Positions 12,601 through 24,420 of a stretch of 64,000 nt of DNA are shown piece after piece. The position numbers were made by a program, and so were the translations under genes. Position 1 is the stretch's first letter. Each line of letters opens with the position of its first letter. The stretch covers positions 6,634,001-6,698,000 of the forward strand of contig JBITNC010000001.1 in the NCBI GenBank assembly GCA_050084985.1, written 5' to 3'. The stretch is from Nageia nagi (lineage: Eukaryota > Plantae > Pinophyta). Under the pieces are notes generated by a model. It was not told the origin of the DNA, ran no database searches, and saw only the letters and a list, made by a program, of their open reading frames with translations.

Positions 12601-14777
12601 AAGAGGTAATAGAACACTTGCAAACCACACTTCGTCTCAATGCTAGATTAAAATTTTTCAAAAAGAGTAACAAGTGGACAAGCTAAAGAAGTAGATCAAG
12701 TAATTAAAAGGCTTGAAAATCTCCATTTTTATAGTGATGAATTGGATGGTGAACCAAAGGGTGAATTGGCTAGTTTTGCATTAGTAGCTGCTGCTAATTT
12801 AGAGCCTTCTTGTTTTGAAGATACTTGTACTAATGATGTTTGGATGAAGGCCATGGAAGAAGAGATGCATTCCATTGAAAAAATGATACATGGGAGCTTG
12901 TTGAGCTTCCAAAAGGAAAAAAGGTTGTAGGCTCTAAACGGGTCTATAAAACCAAGTTTAATACAAATGGCATTATTGAGAGATATAAGGCTAGGCTAGT
13001 AGCCAAAGGCTTCACACAAAGATATGAAATTGACTATGAGGAGACCTTTGCCCCTATTGCCATACAAGAAACCATCAAAATGGTTCTCTCCATTACTGCT
13101 CACAAAAATTGGAAAGTGTACCACTTGGATGTCAAGAGTGCATTTTTGAATGGGTATATTTATGAAGAAGTATATGTTACTCAACCTCAAGGTTTTGAAG
13201 AGAGAGGTAAAGAGAATCATGTCTACAAGTTGAAGAAGGCTTTATATGGCCTCGAGCAAGCCCCCAAGGCTTGGTACTCATGAATAGATGGATATTCCTA
13301 GAATTATGGGTTCATAAGAAGCAAAATTTCGAACCAACTCTCTACTATAAGCATGATGGCACTGATTTTTGCTAGTTTGTTTATATGTTGATGATATTAT
13401 TTACATGGGTAGCAATTCTAATTTAAATGATATTTTTAAACACTCCATGATACAAGAATTTGAGATGAAAGATCTTGGTCTTATGCACTATTTTTTGGGT
13501 TTGGAGGTTAATTAAGATGATAGTTGAATTTTTATTACTCAAACCAAGTATGCTAATGATCTATTGCACAAGTTTGGTATGGATGACTATACAACTATTG
13601 TCAATCCTATTGCACATGGAGAACACTTGACTAAAGAACATGGGGCTGTTGAAGTTAATGTACACATCTATCAAAGCCTGGTTGGGAGCTTATGTCCCTC
13701 ACAAATTCTAGACCTGATATCTATCATGCTATCTCACTTGTGTCTAGGTACATAAGTGCCCCTTCAAAGAACCATCTAAATGTAGCAAAAAGAATTTTGA
13801 GATATGTGAAAGGCACATCGAATTTTGGCATCCACTACCTCAAGAATGAAACTATAAACCTTGTTGGGTATAGTGATAGTGATTGGGGTAACAATATTGA
13901 TGACCTCAAGTCTACTTTTGGCAATTATTTCAGCCTTGAATCTAGGCTATGACTTTGGTCTTCCCAAAAATAAATAATTATAGCACTATCTTCCATTGAA
14001 GTTGAGTACATTACCAGTGCACAAGCCTTATGGATGTGAAAAGTACTTGAGGAGATTGGAGAAAATCAAGTTGGTGCCACCACCTTTACTATGATAACTA
14101 GAGTGCAATTCAACCACAAAGAACCCTATGCACCATTCGAGATCCAAACATTTTGACATGAAGTACCATTTCATTAGTGATATGGTGGAAAAATAAGTTA
14201 TTAAATTACATTATTGCAACATTGAGGATAATTTGGCTGACTTATTCACCAAGGGCATTGCTACATGTCAGTTTGTAAAGTTGAGACTACTAGTCAGTCG
14301 TCTCACCTTTAAGGGGGAGTATGTTGGAGCATTTAATTTTACAAACTTTTAGTATGAAACACGACCACATTTCATCCTGGGTCAAAATGTGATGCATTTT
14401 GTTCCTACCAATCATGTTTTTCCTGCTTTTCAAAATGCAATTGTGTTTCTGGAGACCTCCTACGTTTTGAAAGTGTTCCTGGTAGTTATGAGTTATTTAT
14501 GGGTTTTTGGTCCATTTTTCTTCATTGCATGTTCCTATAGGGTCTATTACATATTTAGGATGATGGGAGAATGGTTCAAAGTGTGAATGTAACTCCCATT
14601 TAGCTAATTTCATCAAGTTTTAGTAGATTTATGTAACTATCCTTAAGCTTTCATTTTTGTCAAAGTTGTAACCTCAATGAGCTAAGATCAATTACTCATT
14701 GAGGGCCTATAAATTTTACTTCAAATTTGTTGAATAAACAATCTTAGTGTGTGTTTTAATTCCTATTTATTCTTTCA
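9629..14777 (+). mobile_element. Full-length decayed Ty1/copia LTR retrotransposon
   Basis: LTRs 9629-10086 and 14322-14777 (TG...CA). TSD CATGT at 9624-9628 and 14778-14782. PBS TGGTACCAGA 10090-10099 (iMet-like). PPT AAGGGGGAG 14311-14319. Confidence 0.97.
10223..14300 (+). pseudogene. Copia gag-pol with many stops and frameshifts
   Basis: FNGEDYEYWALKMK (gag), CCHC knuckle ~11045, WIVDTGA (protease), WLWHLRYGHLN, VHNDICG (integrase), HLDVKSAFLNG and LYVDDIIY (RT), GYSDSDW, RSKHFDMKYHF, LADLFTK (RNase H). Order PR-INT-RT-RH is the copia order. Confidence 0.95.
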
Positions 14778-15928
14778 CATGTAACTTCATATTCTCCAAC
14801 ATTCTATAGATACTAATTTTGAAAACCTCCTTTGCTTCATTTTGTTGCTCTTCAAATATCCTCTTGTTTCTTTGTTTCCAGATTTACCACCACATATGGG
14901 CTAGCATCATTGGCCAACATTTTCCATAGCCTTTTTCTCTTTTGCAATATGACCATCGTAGAATACAATGTTTGACATCTTTCGATAGGACCCAATGGAT
15001 TTTCATTTTTTTACACAACATATTCCATATTGTCCTTGAGTATTTGTAATGTAGGAATATATGGTCAATATCTTCTTCTTCATTCTTGCACAACTCACAT
15101 CTATTTATCATATTAAATCCCCTTTTTTTCAAATTTTCAATAGTCAACAATCTTTTTTTTTTTGCAATGAGCCATAAGAAGAAAGCAATTTTTGGAGTAA
15201 TTTTTGCTTTCCAAATTTTGTTCTAGATAGCTTCATCTTTTTTTTTTCATAATTGTTTTTTAATAAGCTGACAGCTTCTTTGACTTTGTATTGCCCATGT
15301 AACCTAAACTTTCACTCAGGTTTTTCTTTATCCTTAGTAAGCTAGAGCTCGAACTCATATAGTTCCTTCTCAAGGTCTTTAAGCTAGTTTGCAACTCTTT
15401 CTCGATTGGGTCTATGAATATTCCTCTTATTGGTATCAAATTATTATCTATGCTTCATTTTAAGGATAATTTTTTATGTATATGCATACTTCTAATATGT
15501 TTAGGATTTTAATTGGTAAAAATTATAAATTAGTTAAATTTAGAATTTCTTAAATACAATTATTACCTACTCTTCCTTTTTAGAATCAAATTATTATGTA
15601 GATGCATTACATCATATACATTTAGGCTTTTAATACAAAAAAATATAATGAATTGTATTTATCAATCACATTACTACTTGAATGTTATTCAATTATGCAA
15701 ACATGTTATATCAATTTAATAACATATATTACTAATTACTTCATTATTTAAAGAAACTTTACTTTGTATTATTGTATAATTTAAATCTAAATTGAAAAAA
15801 CTCATTGATAATAATTTTCAATGTTAGTATACTATATTATACAAAAATTTGTAAGTATCAATTTTTCAATCAAATTTATAATAAATAATATTTATAAATC
15901 AACAAACATAACAAGTACTACTCAAATA

Positions 15929-16615
15929 TGTTGGTTTCTTGTGTATTCTAATACACAATTAACAAGTAATGCAATTAAATAAGAACTTGCATAAATAAAA
16001 AACACACAATCAAACCACGAATTGAGATAAGATAATTTTAACGAGGTTCACCCAATCCTTCTAGCCTACGTCCCTGAAGAAACTTTTATATGCTTTTTTC
16101 TTCTCCAAACCAAGAGATACAAACAATAAGAACGTATTTTCTATCACCTTCTTTTCTTCACAACCTCTTTAAAATAATCAATGCCTCTCCAAACAATCAC
16201 ATAATGATTTATCAATGTGGACTCTCACAACTTTGCCTATCACACTCTCACACTATTCAATCCACACACACAATATTCAATCGACACACACATGTGTGTG
16301 TGGATTGAATTGTGTGTATCTAAAATTAACCCAAATGATGACAAACAACCTATGTGCAAATTCCACACGAATATAAATGAACTTAGAATGCACTCACTTC
16401 AGTTTGGAAGTAGTTTTTGACCATCAAAATCAATTGCAACACTCTCTTTAACTGCGCACATTCAGAACAATTCCAATCTATTAGTACTTCAGCACTCAGA
16501 CAACTAATATCATGGCTTCTGGAATGGATTACATCAGTCATTCCTGTACTGGAAAATTAATATTTGAACATGAGAAAACTTAAATCAGACTTAGGAATCA
16601 TTCTCCACCTCAATA
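15929..16615 (-). mobile_element. Solo LTR (copia-like, 687 bp)
   Basis: TSD AAATA at 15924-15928 and 16616-16620. Termini TGTTG...CAATA (one mutated base). Contains the copia LTR motif GGACGTAGGC...GAACCTCGTTAAAA on the minus strand at ~16037-16073. Confidence 0.75.
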
Positions 16616-18289
16616 AAATATTCATATGCAAACATCAATTATTATTATCTTATGATCTATCGTTATCAAAATTATACATTTCTTTTTTCATGTTATCATT
16701 TCTCACACTTGATTTTCAAGTATATCATCATTGAGGAGAATACCAATTTTATGACTTCACGTATATGGATGCTCTTTGCTGAAAACTATATGAAAAGATA
16801 AAAAAATTGAAAAAAATCGTAAATGCTATAACAAAACTTTGTCAAGATGGCATATCAGAAAAATATTTTCTAGACTTTACCAGATTCGAGAAGTGCCAAT
16901 AAAGGATTGATAAATGTTTAAAGGACATTATTACATTTTGAAGAGAACCATTTGAAAATTATATTAATAGGTAGCAATTAATTTTTCCTATATGTTGCTT
17001 GAGTTTATAATTATATAATTTATCTTTCTTATCCTAATAGTTATGATATTTAACATTTTTTGTAAGTGATCACACATAATGAATATATAATATATTTGTC
17101 ATTAGAAGAAAATGATATTTTAATACTGTTCGATATTTGATACTCTTTACATCCATGGATTTTTGAATTTTGCATTCAATATATAATTCAATGCATTATA
17201 CTTTAAGTGTCACGCATTATGTACTTTCATTACAAAAATCATTTTCCTTTTATATATAGTTATTAATGATACAAATTTGCATTTTTAAATATTACTTTTA
17301 TTTTTAGATCAATAGTAGATGATAAAAAATGTTATATCATTGTAAAATTATATTCTTAACCATTCACTTTTAGTTAGCTTGTATGCTTTTTAATCATTAT
17401 GTAATTCAATCAATATCATATGAGCTTCTTATAAAATGTCAATATCTTCTCCAACTTTAAAATTTAAAACAATTTCCAACATATATATTCTTAAAGCATT
17501 TTTTTAATCTAGATTTTCGTAAACTTATCATATGCTGAAACATAAAAAAAATTAAACCTATAATAATATGGATGTTTGCATTTTCAAATATTATTTTTAC
17601 TTTTATTTTGTTATTAAATACTGAATAAAAATTAAATAATTGCAAAATTTTATTTTTAGGAATTATACACATTTCTAATCATTTCATCATTCTATCAACA
17701 TCACCTATTCTTTTCTTGCATATCTTTCTTCTCTAACCTTCAAAACATAGAACAATTTTCCACTTATATAATCATAATTGATCTTATTTAATCTAAATTT
17801 TTATAAATTTATCATATAAAATTCAATTTCAAATACTATATATTATAATAAATAAATCAATAATAATAGATTTAGATAAATTTATCATTCATTATCCTAA
17901 AAAATTATGAAAATTTACAATATAAATACTTTCAACTTAAAATTATTAATTTTTCTATTATTTTTTATAAAAAAATCAAAATATTTATGACCAAAATAAA
18001 ACACTCTACAGCCAACGTCAAATCGCCTTCCATAAATTAATATTCGACGTACCGAGTACATAAAGTTACAATTGCTAATTAATGTCTGATAGGTTTTTAG
18101 TCAATGAAGGTGAAATATGAGATTTTAATTACGTCCCCGAAACGAAACTCTCGTGGCTCAAATTCCATCCAACATGTTTGGAGTATCTCACATTTCTCGA
18201 CGTTGGCTTATCTTATAGAATACTTCTCCCATCATCCGACGACTACTGGGAATTCTCATCTAGAATTGAATCTCCACCGTCCAACTTTC

Positions 18290-18640
18290 ATAATCAAAAC
18301 GCGTTATGTACCCCGCATGTCAAAATCTATAAAGCATCCTCAACGCTGCAGGCAACTTCCAAGCGACGCGTTTTCATTTGCAGCACACGTGGCCATTTAA
18401 ATTATCATTCTTTAATCGACGACTGTGAAGGCTGCAACGTGTCGACGTGGGAGCCAACGAGACTCCTTCCGGAAGCTTCCAAACGCTTCGAAACTTTCTA
18501 GTGGCCTGTATCGAATCGCGATGCCCTGCCTGGGGCCTCTCGTTTATTCCAGAGGTTCATAATGCTCCACGTGGCATCATTGCAGAGCACAAATTCCAGT
18601 CAGCGTACTCCACGTGGAACTTTGACACGTGGACCGCGCT
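18290..18640 (+). promoter_or_regulatory. CpG-rich proximal promoter with clustered G-box/ABRE and CGCG (CAMTA-type) motifs
   Basis: ACACGTGGC 18385, ACGTGTC 18437, ACGTGG 18445, CCACGTGGC 18567, CCACGTGG 18610, GACACGTGG 18624; ACGCGT 18299 and 18366, CCGCGC 18634. A pyrimidine-rich patch follows at ~18737-18800. Confidence 0.7.
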
Positions 18641-19052
18641 AGGGGAAGGAAAAATATTTCATCCCAATGGTACAAGGAGTTCTCTTCGTGAACAGTAAAG
18701 GAGGGAAAGTAAATAGAAAAAAAAACACAAGAAAAATTTCTGCTCTCTTCTGCGTTCAAATTCTTCTTCTTCATCTGATTTCTTTACTTCAAATCTTCGC
18801 AAAATTGTCGACTGGGCGGATTCTAGAGCTGAATCTTGTCAGATGTGCTCTCTGGTGTTTGTAGATTTTAGGAAAATTTGCTCGTTCTGTTAGAGAGGAT
18901 GGTTTAGTAATTTTTTTCCTTTGAGGCAGGGGTTTTGTCTGGCAATTTTTAGGACAAATATCCCGAAAGTAGACATTAAATATATCAAGTGTGTTCGTTT
19001 TAAGGGCAGTTTGTTTGAAATTTGGGGTCATTTGGTGTAGATAATACTGGCC

Positions 19053-19254
19053 ATGCTCAGCAGCAAGGAGGACATCAAGGGAGGAGAGAAGATTTCGGGT
19101 GAAATATTCATGTGGGGCTATCTTCCTGCTGTTCCTGCTGTTTCGCAACAGAGGGCTCCTTTGCTGTCGCCGACACCTGTCCCTCCTTCCAGTGCGCAGG
19201 AGCCCTGGAAGGAGGTTTGCAGCGGCGGGTGTGGATTTGCACTTGCTATCTCTG
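19053..19254 (+). CDS. TCF1: RCC1-repeat (UVR8-family) protein, TCF1-like, exon 1
   Basis: ATG 19053; IFMWGYLP...PWKEVCSGGCGFALAIS matches the TCF1 (At3g55580)-type N-terminus as I recall it. Donor G|GTAAGT, phase 1. Confidence 0.9.
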
Positions 19255-21437
19255 GTAAGTTTGATGGCATTAGGTTTGCTGTGTTTGGCTTTCATTGATT
19301 GTTACTTTCGTTTCCATGGATTGTACGGACGCTTGTTTCATTATGCAGTGCGTTTCTGTATGTTTGTTAGATGTTGAAAACTGGGTACAATTTGTTTTGA
19401 TACCAAATTGCTTTATTTGTTTATTATGGCATCCTTTCTCTGGTTTGCTTTGCTATTCAGGTTTATAATGCTTGGATTTGTTTCCCTTACATTACCAGGG
19501 TATATTTGAGCAAAACAACATTGACATTGCAAGTAGAATGCAGACTATTTGACCTCTTATAGTTGGAGTGAAACACACTTTAGAAAACTGTGGATTTCAT
19601 AAGGCCCAAACAAGAACGTTAATATAAGAAAATGAAAAATTTAAGAGAAGTATGCCCTTTATTTTTAGATTTATGGAAAGTGATCGCAGACACCTACTAC
19701 TGCAATTGGGATTATGAAGAGATATGGAAACTATGTTGGTTCAAACCAACTAAACACCTAAGACAACATATATGCGCTTGCAAAAAGATGGAAACAAGGA
19801 ACTAAATTTACCTTAAACAAACGAATCAACTTTGCCTCATTAGGAACTTGTTGAAAGGTGAAAATGAGGGACGAAATGTACAATTCCCTACTGTTTTCTT
19901 CGTATTACAGTCATATCCTTTGACGAATCAGTATTGATTTTGACTTTATTTGAATACATTTTTCTCCATACATTATAATAAAAGCTTGTCTTCTCTGTTA
20001 ATAAATCAAAGTCATTGGACCTCAATAACATGTAAATGTGCAACAGAATGTAAGACACTAGAGCAACAAATTCTAATTTAAACTTGATCTGAACTGAAAG
20101 CAAAAAAATAAACAGAATGGAAGATTTTAGAGAATTAAACTCTATTTTAAGCTTTAGGTAGAATAAAAGGCATGAAAGGAAACAAAGTAATGATTTAATT
20201 ACATAATCATTGAGAGACATACAAAGTTACAAACTAAAGTGGTTGTGAACCAATTAAAAAACACCTTTTACTGCATAATGCACTTCCTAAGAAATAGAAA
20301 TAAGGAACTACTTTAGACCTAAATATGAGGAATTAAATCAACCTTAAACACAGAAAATACTCATTACCACGTCAAACAGTCAAACAGAGATGGAAATATG
20401 GAGCTAAACTCTCCTGTTTGTATTAGGTTTTATCAAAAAGACTGGTCAATATCAAACATGAAATCCGTTGGTACTAACCAAAACACCAAATGTGCTACAA
20501 AATGTCTTATGTAGGGAACCTTTCAACAAATTCACTCTGCTTCCTTTGATATTTTTAGGTTTTATCGGCATTTTCTGCTACTTTTTGTAATTGTTAAATG
20601 TGTCCTATATACCAAACTCCGCTAAATATGCCAAAGTTACATAATTTATTAGTCCTATTCCACTTTTCCAAAGCCATGCATGACCATGAGTTTCATATAT
20701 TTTGAAGAGGCTAGAGCACATGACGTGTTTAGGTTGTAGTAAAATGTCACGTTTCTCAATGGTAAATTGATATGGGACAAGCTCGATAATGTGATAATGC
20801 TTTCCCTCCATTAAGTAAGCCCTGTGGATTAACATAAATAATTGCATCTTTGTGTAATTTCAATTGTGAAATAACATCTTCTGCAAAAGGGAAAGAGTTG
20901 CTTGAAAAACTAATGTTTTCTGTTTCATCAATAATTAATATTTTGTGAATATTAATATCTATCTTAAGCTCAAATGCTTAATTGTTAAAACTATCTTGGT
21001 GTTTCTTCCAATTTTCTATTAATGAGTGCATATCTTGAAATGTTCTAAAAAATTAATAAATTTATCAATTTAGTGAGAACACAGTAATTTCTTGCAATTC
21101 AATGTTAAATTTTCTAAAATCTTGGCTAATATTGAAATATGAGATTTGTATGATTATTTGAATTGTTGAAGTTTTTTAATGTAAGATACTTTTGACAACA
21201 TATATTATGGATTTGATTTTTATGAATTTGAGTGAAGGAAAATTTATCATAGTATGGCAAGTTAGTAGACATTTCAAAGAGTTATTTTGTTAAGCAAAAA
21301 TTATGTTGAGCATGTAGAAACAATTCCCAAATATTACACAACATAGTCATGACACTTGGGGGTTTGTCCAGTATTAGCACTTTTGATCTATCTCTTGGAA
21401 ACTTGCATGTGTAATAGCATTCCCCAAAATTGTTGAG

Positions 21438-24420
21438 TTTTTCTTTTCTTTTTTGATAGTTAAAAAACCATTATATTAAATCAAAACCAACAAAGCATGG
21501 CGTTTGCAACAATACATACAGAGCATGATAGAATAAGAAAAGGGGGATAAACCTCATTCTAGAACAAAATATGATTATGTAATTGGATCATATTGTCTAT
21601 TCTATAGCTCTAAATTGTGAAAACGAAAAGAAAGAATTCATAATATTGACTATTAGGAACATCAAACTCGAGTGCCTACTAAACTGTTGCTTGTAGAGGT
21701 GTCTCATGGAGGTCCTCATGCCCTTTATTCTTGTGATATGCATGATGAGAATAGGGCAGTCCCCTATAGTTGCAATGACAAGGCTCGTTGTTCACCTCCA
21801 ACAAATTAACAGTATCATATCAATAATTTGATATAGGAGCTCAACGTAGAAAATGATAACTCTAGCATCCCTTTTCTTTTCTTGTTATATTTGAAGCACA
21901 CTTTCCTTTTGAACCAACTCCACTAGAGTTTGAAAGTCTCTGTTTCCTTTACACTCTTGCTATTAGAAGTTTCTTTCCCATTGCTTTGAGTTTTCCAACA
22001 TTGAATTATCTACCCAATCTACAACCTTAGTTTGTAAAAGATCCAAAGTATTTCCATGATTGCAACCTCATCCTCTATGTTTGCTTTGATTCACCATAGC
22101 TTCTTCTCTTAAGAGAACTTATGGAAAATATGGAATTGCCCTTTATTTCTCATTGAAATTGTGGAAGGTTTAGTGCAAATTTAAGACATTTTGCCACCAT
22201 TTTAATCTCATCCAAATTATTATAATTTCTTTCAATATAGCCAACTCCCCAAAACCAAGGTTCTTCATTGCTTTTCCAACTAATCCATCCATAAGAAGCA
22301 TCTCCAAGTTTCCTTCAACTTGCATTATCAAAATTTAAATTGAGCCTATGTACACGTGGAAGTTGCTATTTATCCTTTTGGATCCTTTCATTCTTTCTCT
22401 TCTTTTTCCTTCCTTTTGTATCACTTCAATTGACAACCTTGGACTCGGCTTCCTATTTAAAATTCCAATTTCTCGATTAGAGAAAGATTCACCTTCAAAT
22501 TGGATTAGAGCAATTTTTTCCAATAGAAAAGTGAGTTTGTTCCATGCTCCTTTGTACTAGACATTTTTATTCCTTAAAGATGCAAGTATTTCTCTCTAGC
22601 CACATGAACCATACCATCAATTGGTATCGATTTCCATAGGAAATTCAAGATCCTTGGGATCCTCTAGTACGCCGCCAATTCAGCTACATTTTTAGGAAAC
22701 ACCCAAGGTGTACTAAGTATATTGAAAAAATTGCTCCATAAATTTCAAGCAAAATTACAATAAATTAGAAGATGATAACTAGTTTCCATTTGCTAAAAGA
22801 ATTGTGGACAGAGAAATGGACTTGAAATCCTTTCTAATGAGATGTTTAGTAGATAGAGATTTATTTCTAGTGGCTAGCCACAAGAAAATGTTTTCTTTTG
22901 TCTAGGCAATTGAGTTTCAAATCCTTGACCTCAAACCTTGTGAGGGGTATCCCTTTCATCTTGTGTGAAGACTTTGTAAGCTGATTTAACCAAATAAGTA
23001 CTTGTGGGCTTTACTATCAATTTTTATTCATCTTCACTCCAAGTGGAAACGATTCTATACTTACTCATAGTGTTCAAGCATTCAAGAGACTCTCTATTTC
23101 AACCATGTATATTTTCCAAGTCTCTCTGTTTCTCCACCTACCTCCCATTCTTATTAACAACTTGCTTGTAGTTTGTACCTTTTCTTCCCATTCTCTTTTT
23201 GGCAGAGCTTGAAGTTCTCCAAGCCCATTATGAGTTTCCAATGGTAGATCTTTAATCCAAGTATATATTTCAAAATTAACTTTATCCCTATTTCTAACAT
23301 TCCACTTTATAGATTTAGGGATAGACTTCCTTACCTCTTGGATGACATTCTAGATAGCCGAGCCACTAGTAAGCTCTTCATTTGTGAAAATATGCTCAGA
23401 AAGTTTCTCATTTATTTATGTAGATCTAAAAATCTGATTCCATAAGGACTTATGATCCTTGTAAATTCTCCACACAAGCTTTTCCAACACAGCCAAATTT
23501 AATTTATTGAGATTTCTTAGGTGAAGTTTACCATTCTCTCTATTCCTACACACCTTCTCCTAGGCTACTAACGCCACTTTCCTATCTTCAATACATCCTT
23601 GTGAAAGAAAACTTTTCATGTTATCCTCCCATCTTTTTTAAAATTGCAATAGGGACCCATAGCATTCCTATCTAGAAGAAAGGTAATGCCTTAAGTACAT
23701 ATTTAATCATCACCAACCTGCCAACAAGTGAAAGCCACCTTGCTTTTCACATACCTAGTTTTATTTGAAATCTTCTCACCAACTGTTCCCAAAAACCCCT
23801 TTGGTAGTACAACTAAAAATAATAAATGATCAAGGTAGGAGCTAGGGAAATTTTCAACTTCCATTTTTAACTGCCTAGCACATAGACAAGAAAATTTTTC
23901 ATCTAGGTTTATGCCATAGACTTTAGATTTATCTTTATTAATCTCTTGACCTGAAGCAAGCGCATAGGAAGCTAGAAGGCCCTTGATCTTTCGATTTCTT
24001 TCAGGTTTGGTTCTATGACCAGCATGGTGTCACCCGCTAATTGTGAATGAGTGATGGCTTGGCATCTATTATTAACTCTTAAATGCTAGATTTGCCTCTT
24101 TTCCTTGAAATACTTCAGCTCTTTGCTTAAGGCTTTTGCCATAAAATGAAAAATATTTGGGGACACGTGATCTCCTTGTCCGAGACCTTTCGAGATTTTG
24201 AAAAACCCCTTGGAGTTGCCATTTATCAGGATAAAAAAAGTAGGATCTTCACAAGCTTCAGTCAATACATCCAATCTTTTGCAAAGTCAAATTTCTCCAA
24301 AGCCAAATCTAGAAAACTCCAATTAATTTTGTTACAAGCCTTTAACATATCTAAATTTACTTGCAAATCTTCTTCTGCCGTCCTTGATTGCATGAATGAC
24401 TTTATAGATGGTTAGCATTA
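21438..24420 (-). mobile_element. 5'-truncated L1 LINE (RT, zf-RVT, RNase H-like) in intron 1
   Basis: NLDMLKACNKINWSFL, KGLGQGDHVSP and ITHSQLAGDTML (RT); FLWLATRNK (zf-RVT); LNFDNAS (RNase H). A-rich tail seen as a T tract at 21438-21454. Confidence 0.85.

Larger units (their letters stand above)
7119..15430 (-). mobile_element. 5'-truncated L1-type LINE interrupted by the copia element; apparent 3' part runs to a poly(A) at ~7120-7130
   Basis: zf-RVT motifs IWKAKITPKIAFFLWL, LTIENLKKRG..RCELCKNEEEDIDHIF and WW.IWKQRNKRIF at 14810-15230. The frame continues across the copia TSD into 9623-9600. A T-tract at 7120-7129 reads AATAAAAAAAAAA on the minus strand. The 3' extent is inferred. Confidence 0.6.

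Noticed and set aside
18840-19040. Possible 5' UTR intron ending TTTGGTGTAG at 19040
   Set aside because: Acceptor-like, but no convincing donor could be assigned without transcript data.
18104-19377. Several overlapping 65-168 aa ORFs around the promoter, including an antisense 168-aa ORF and a possible uORF at 18667
   Set aside because: Explained by higher GC and overlap with exon 1. No recognisable motifs, and the TSS is unknown.
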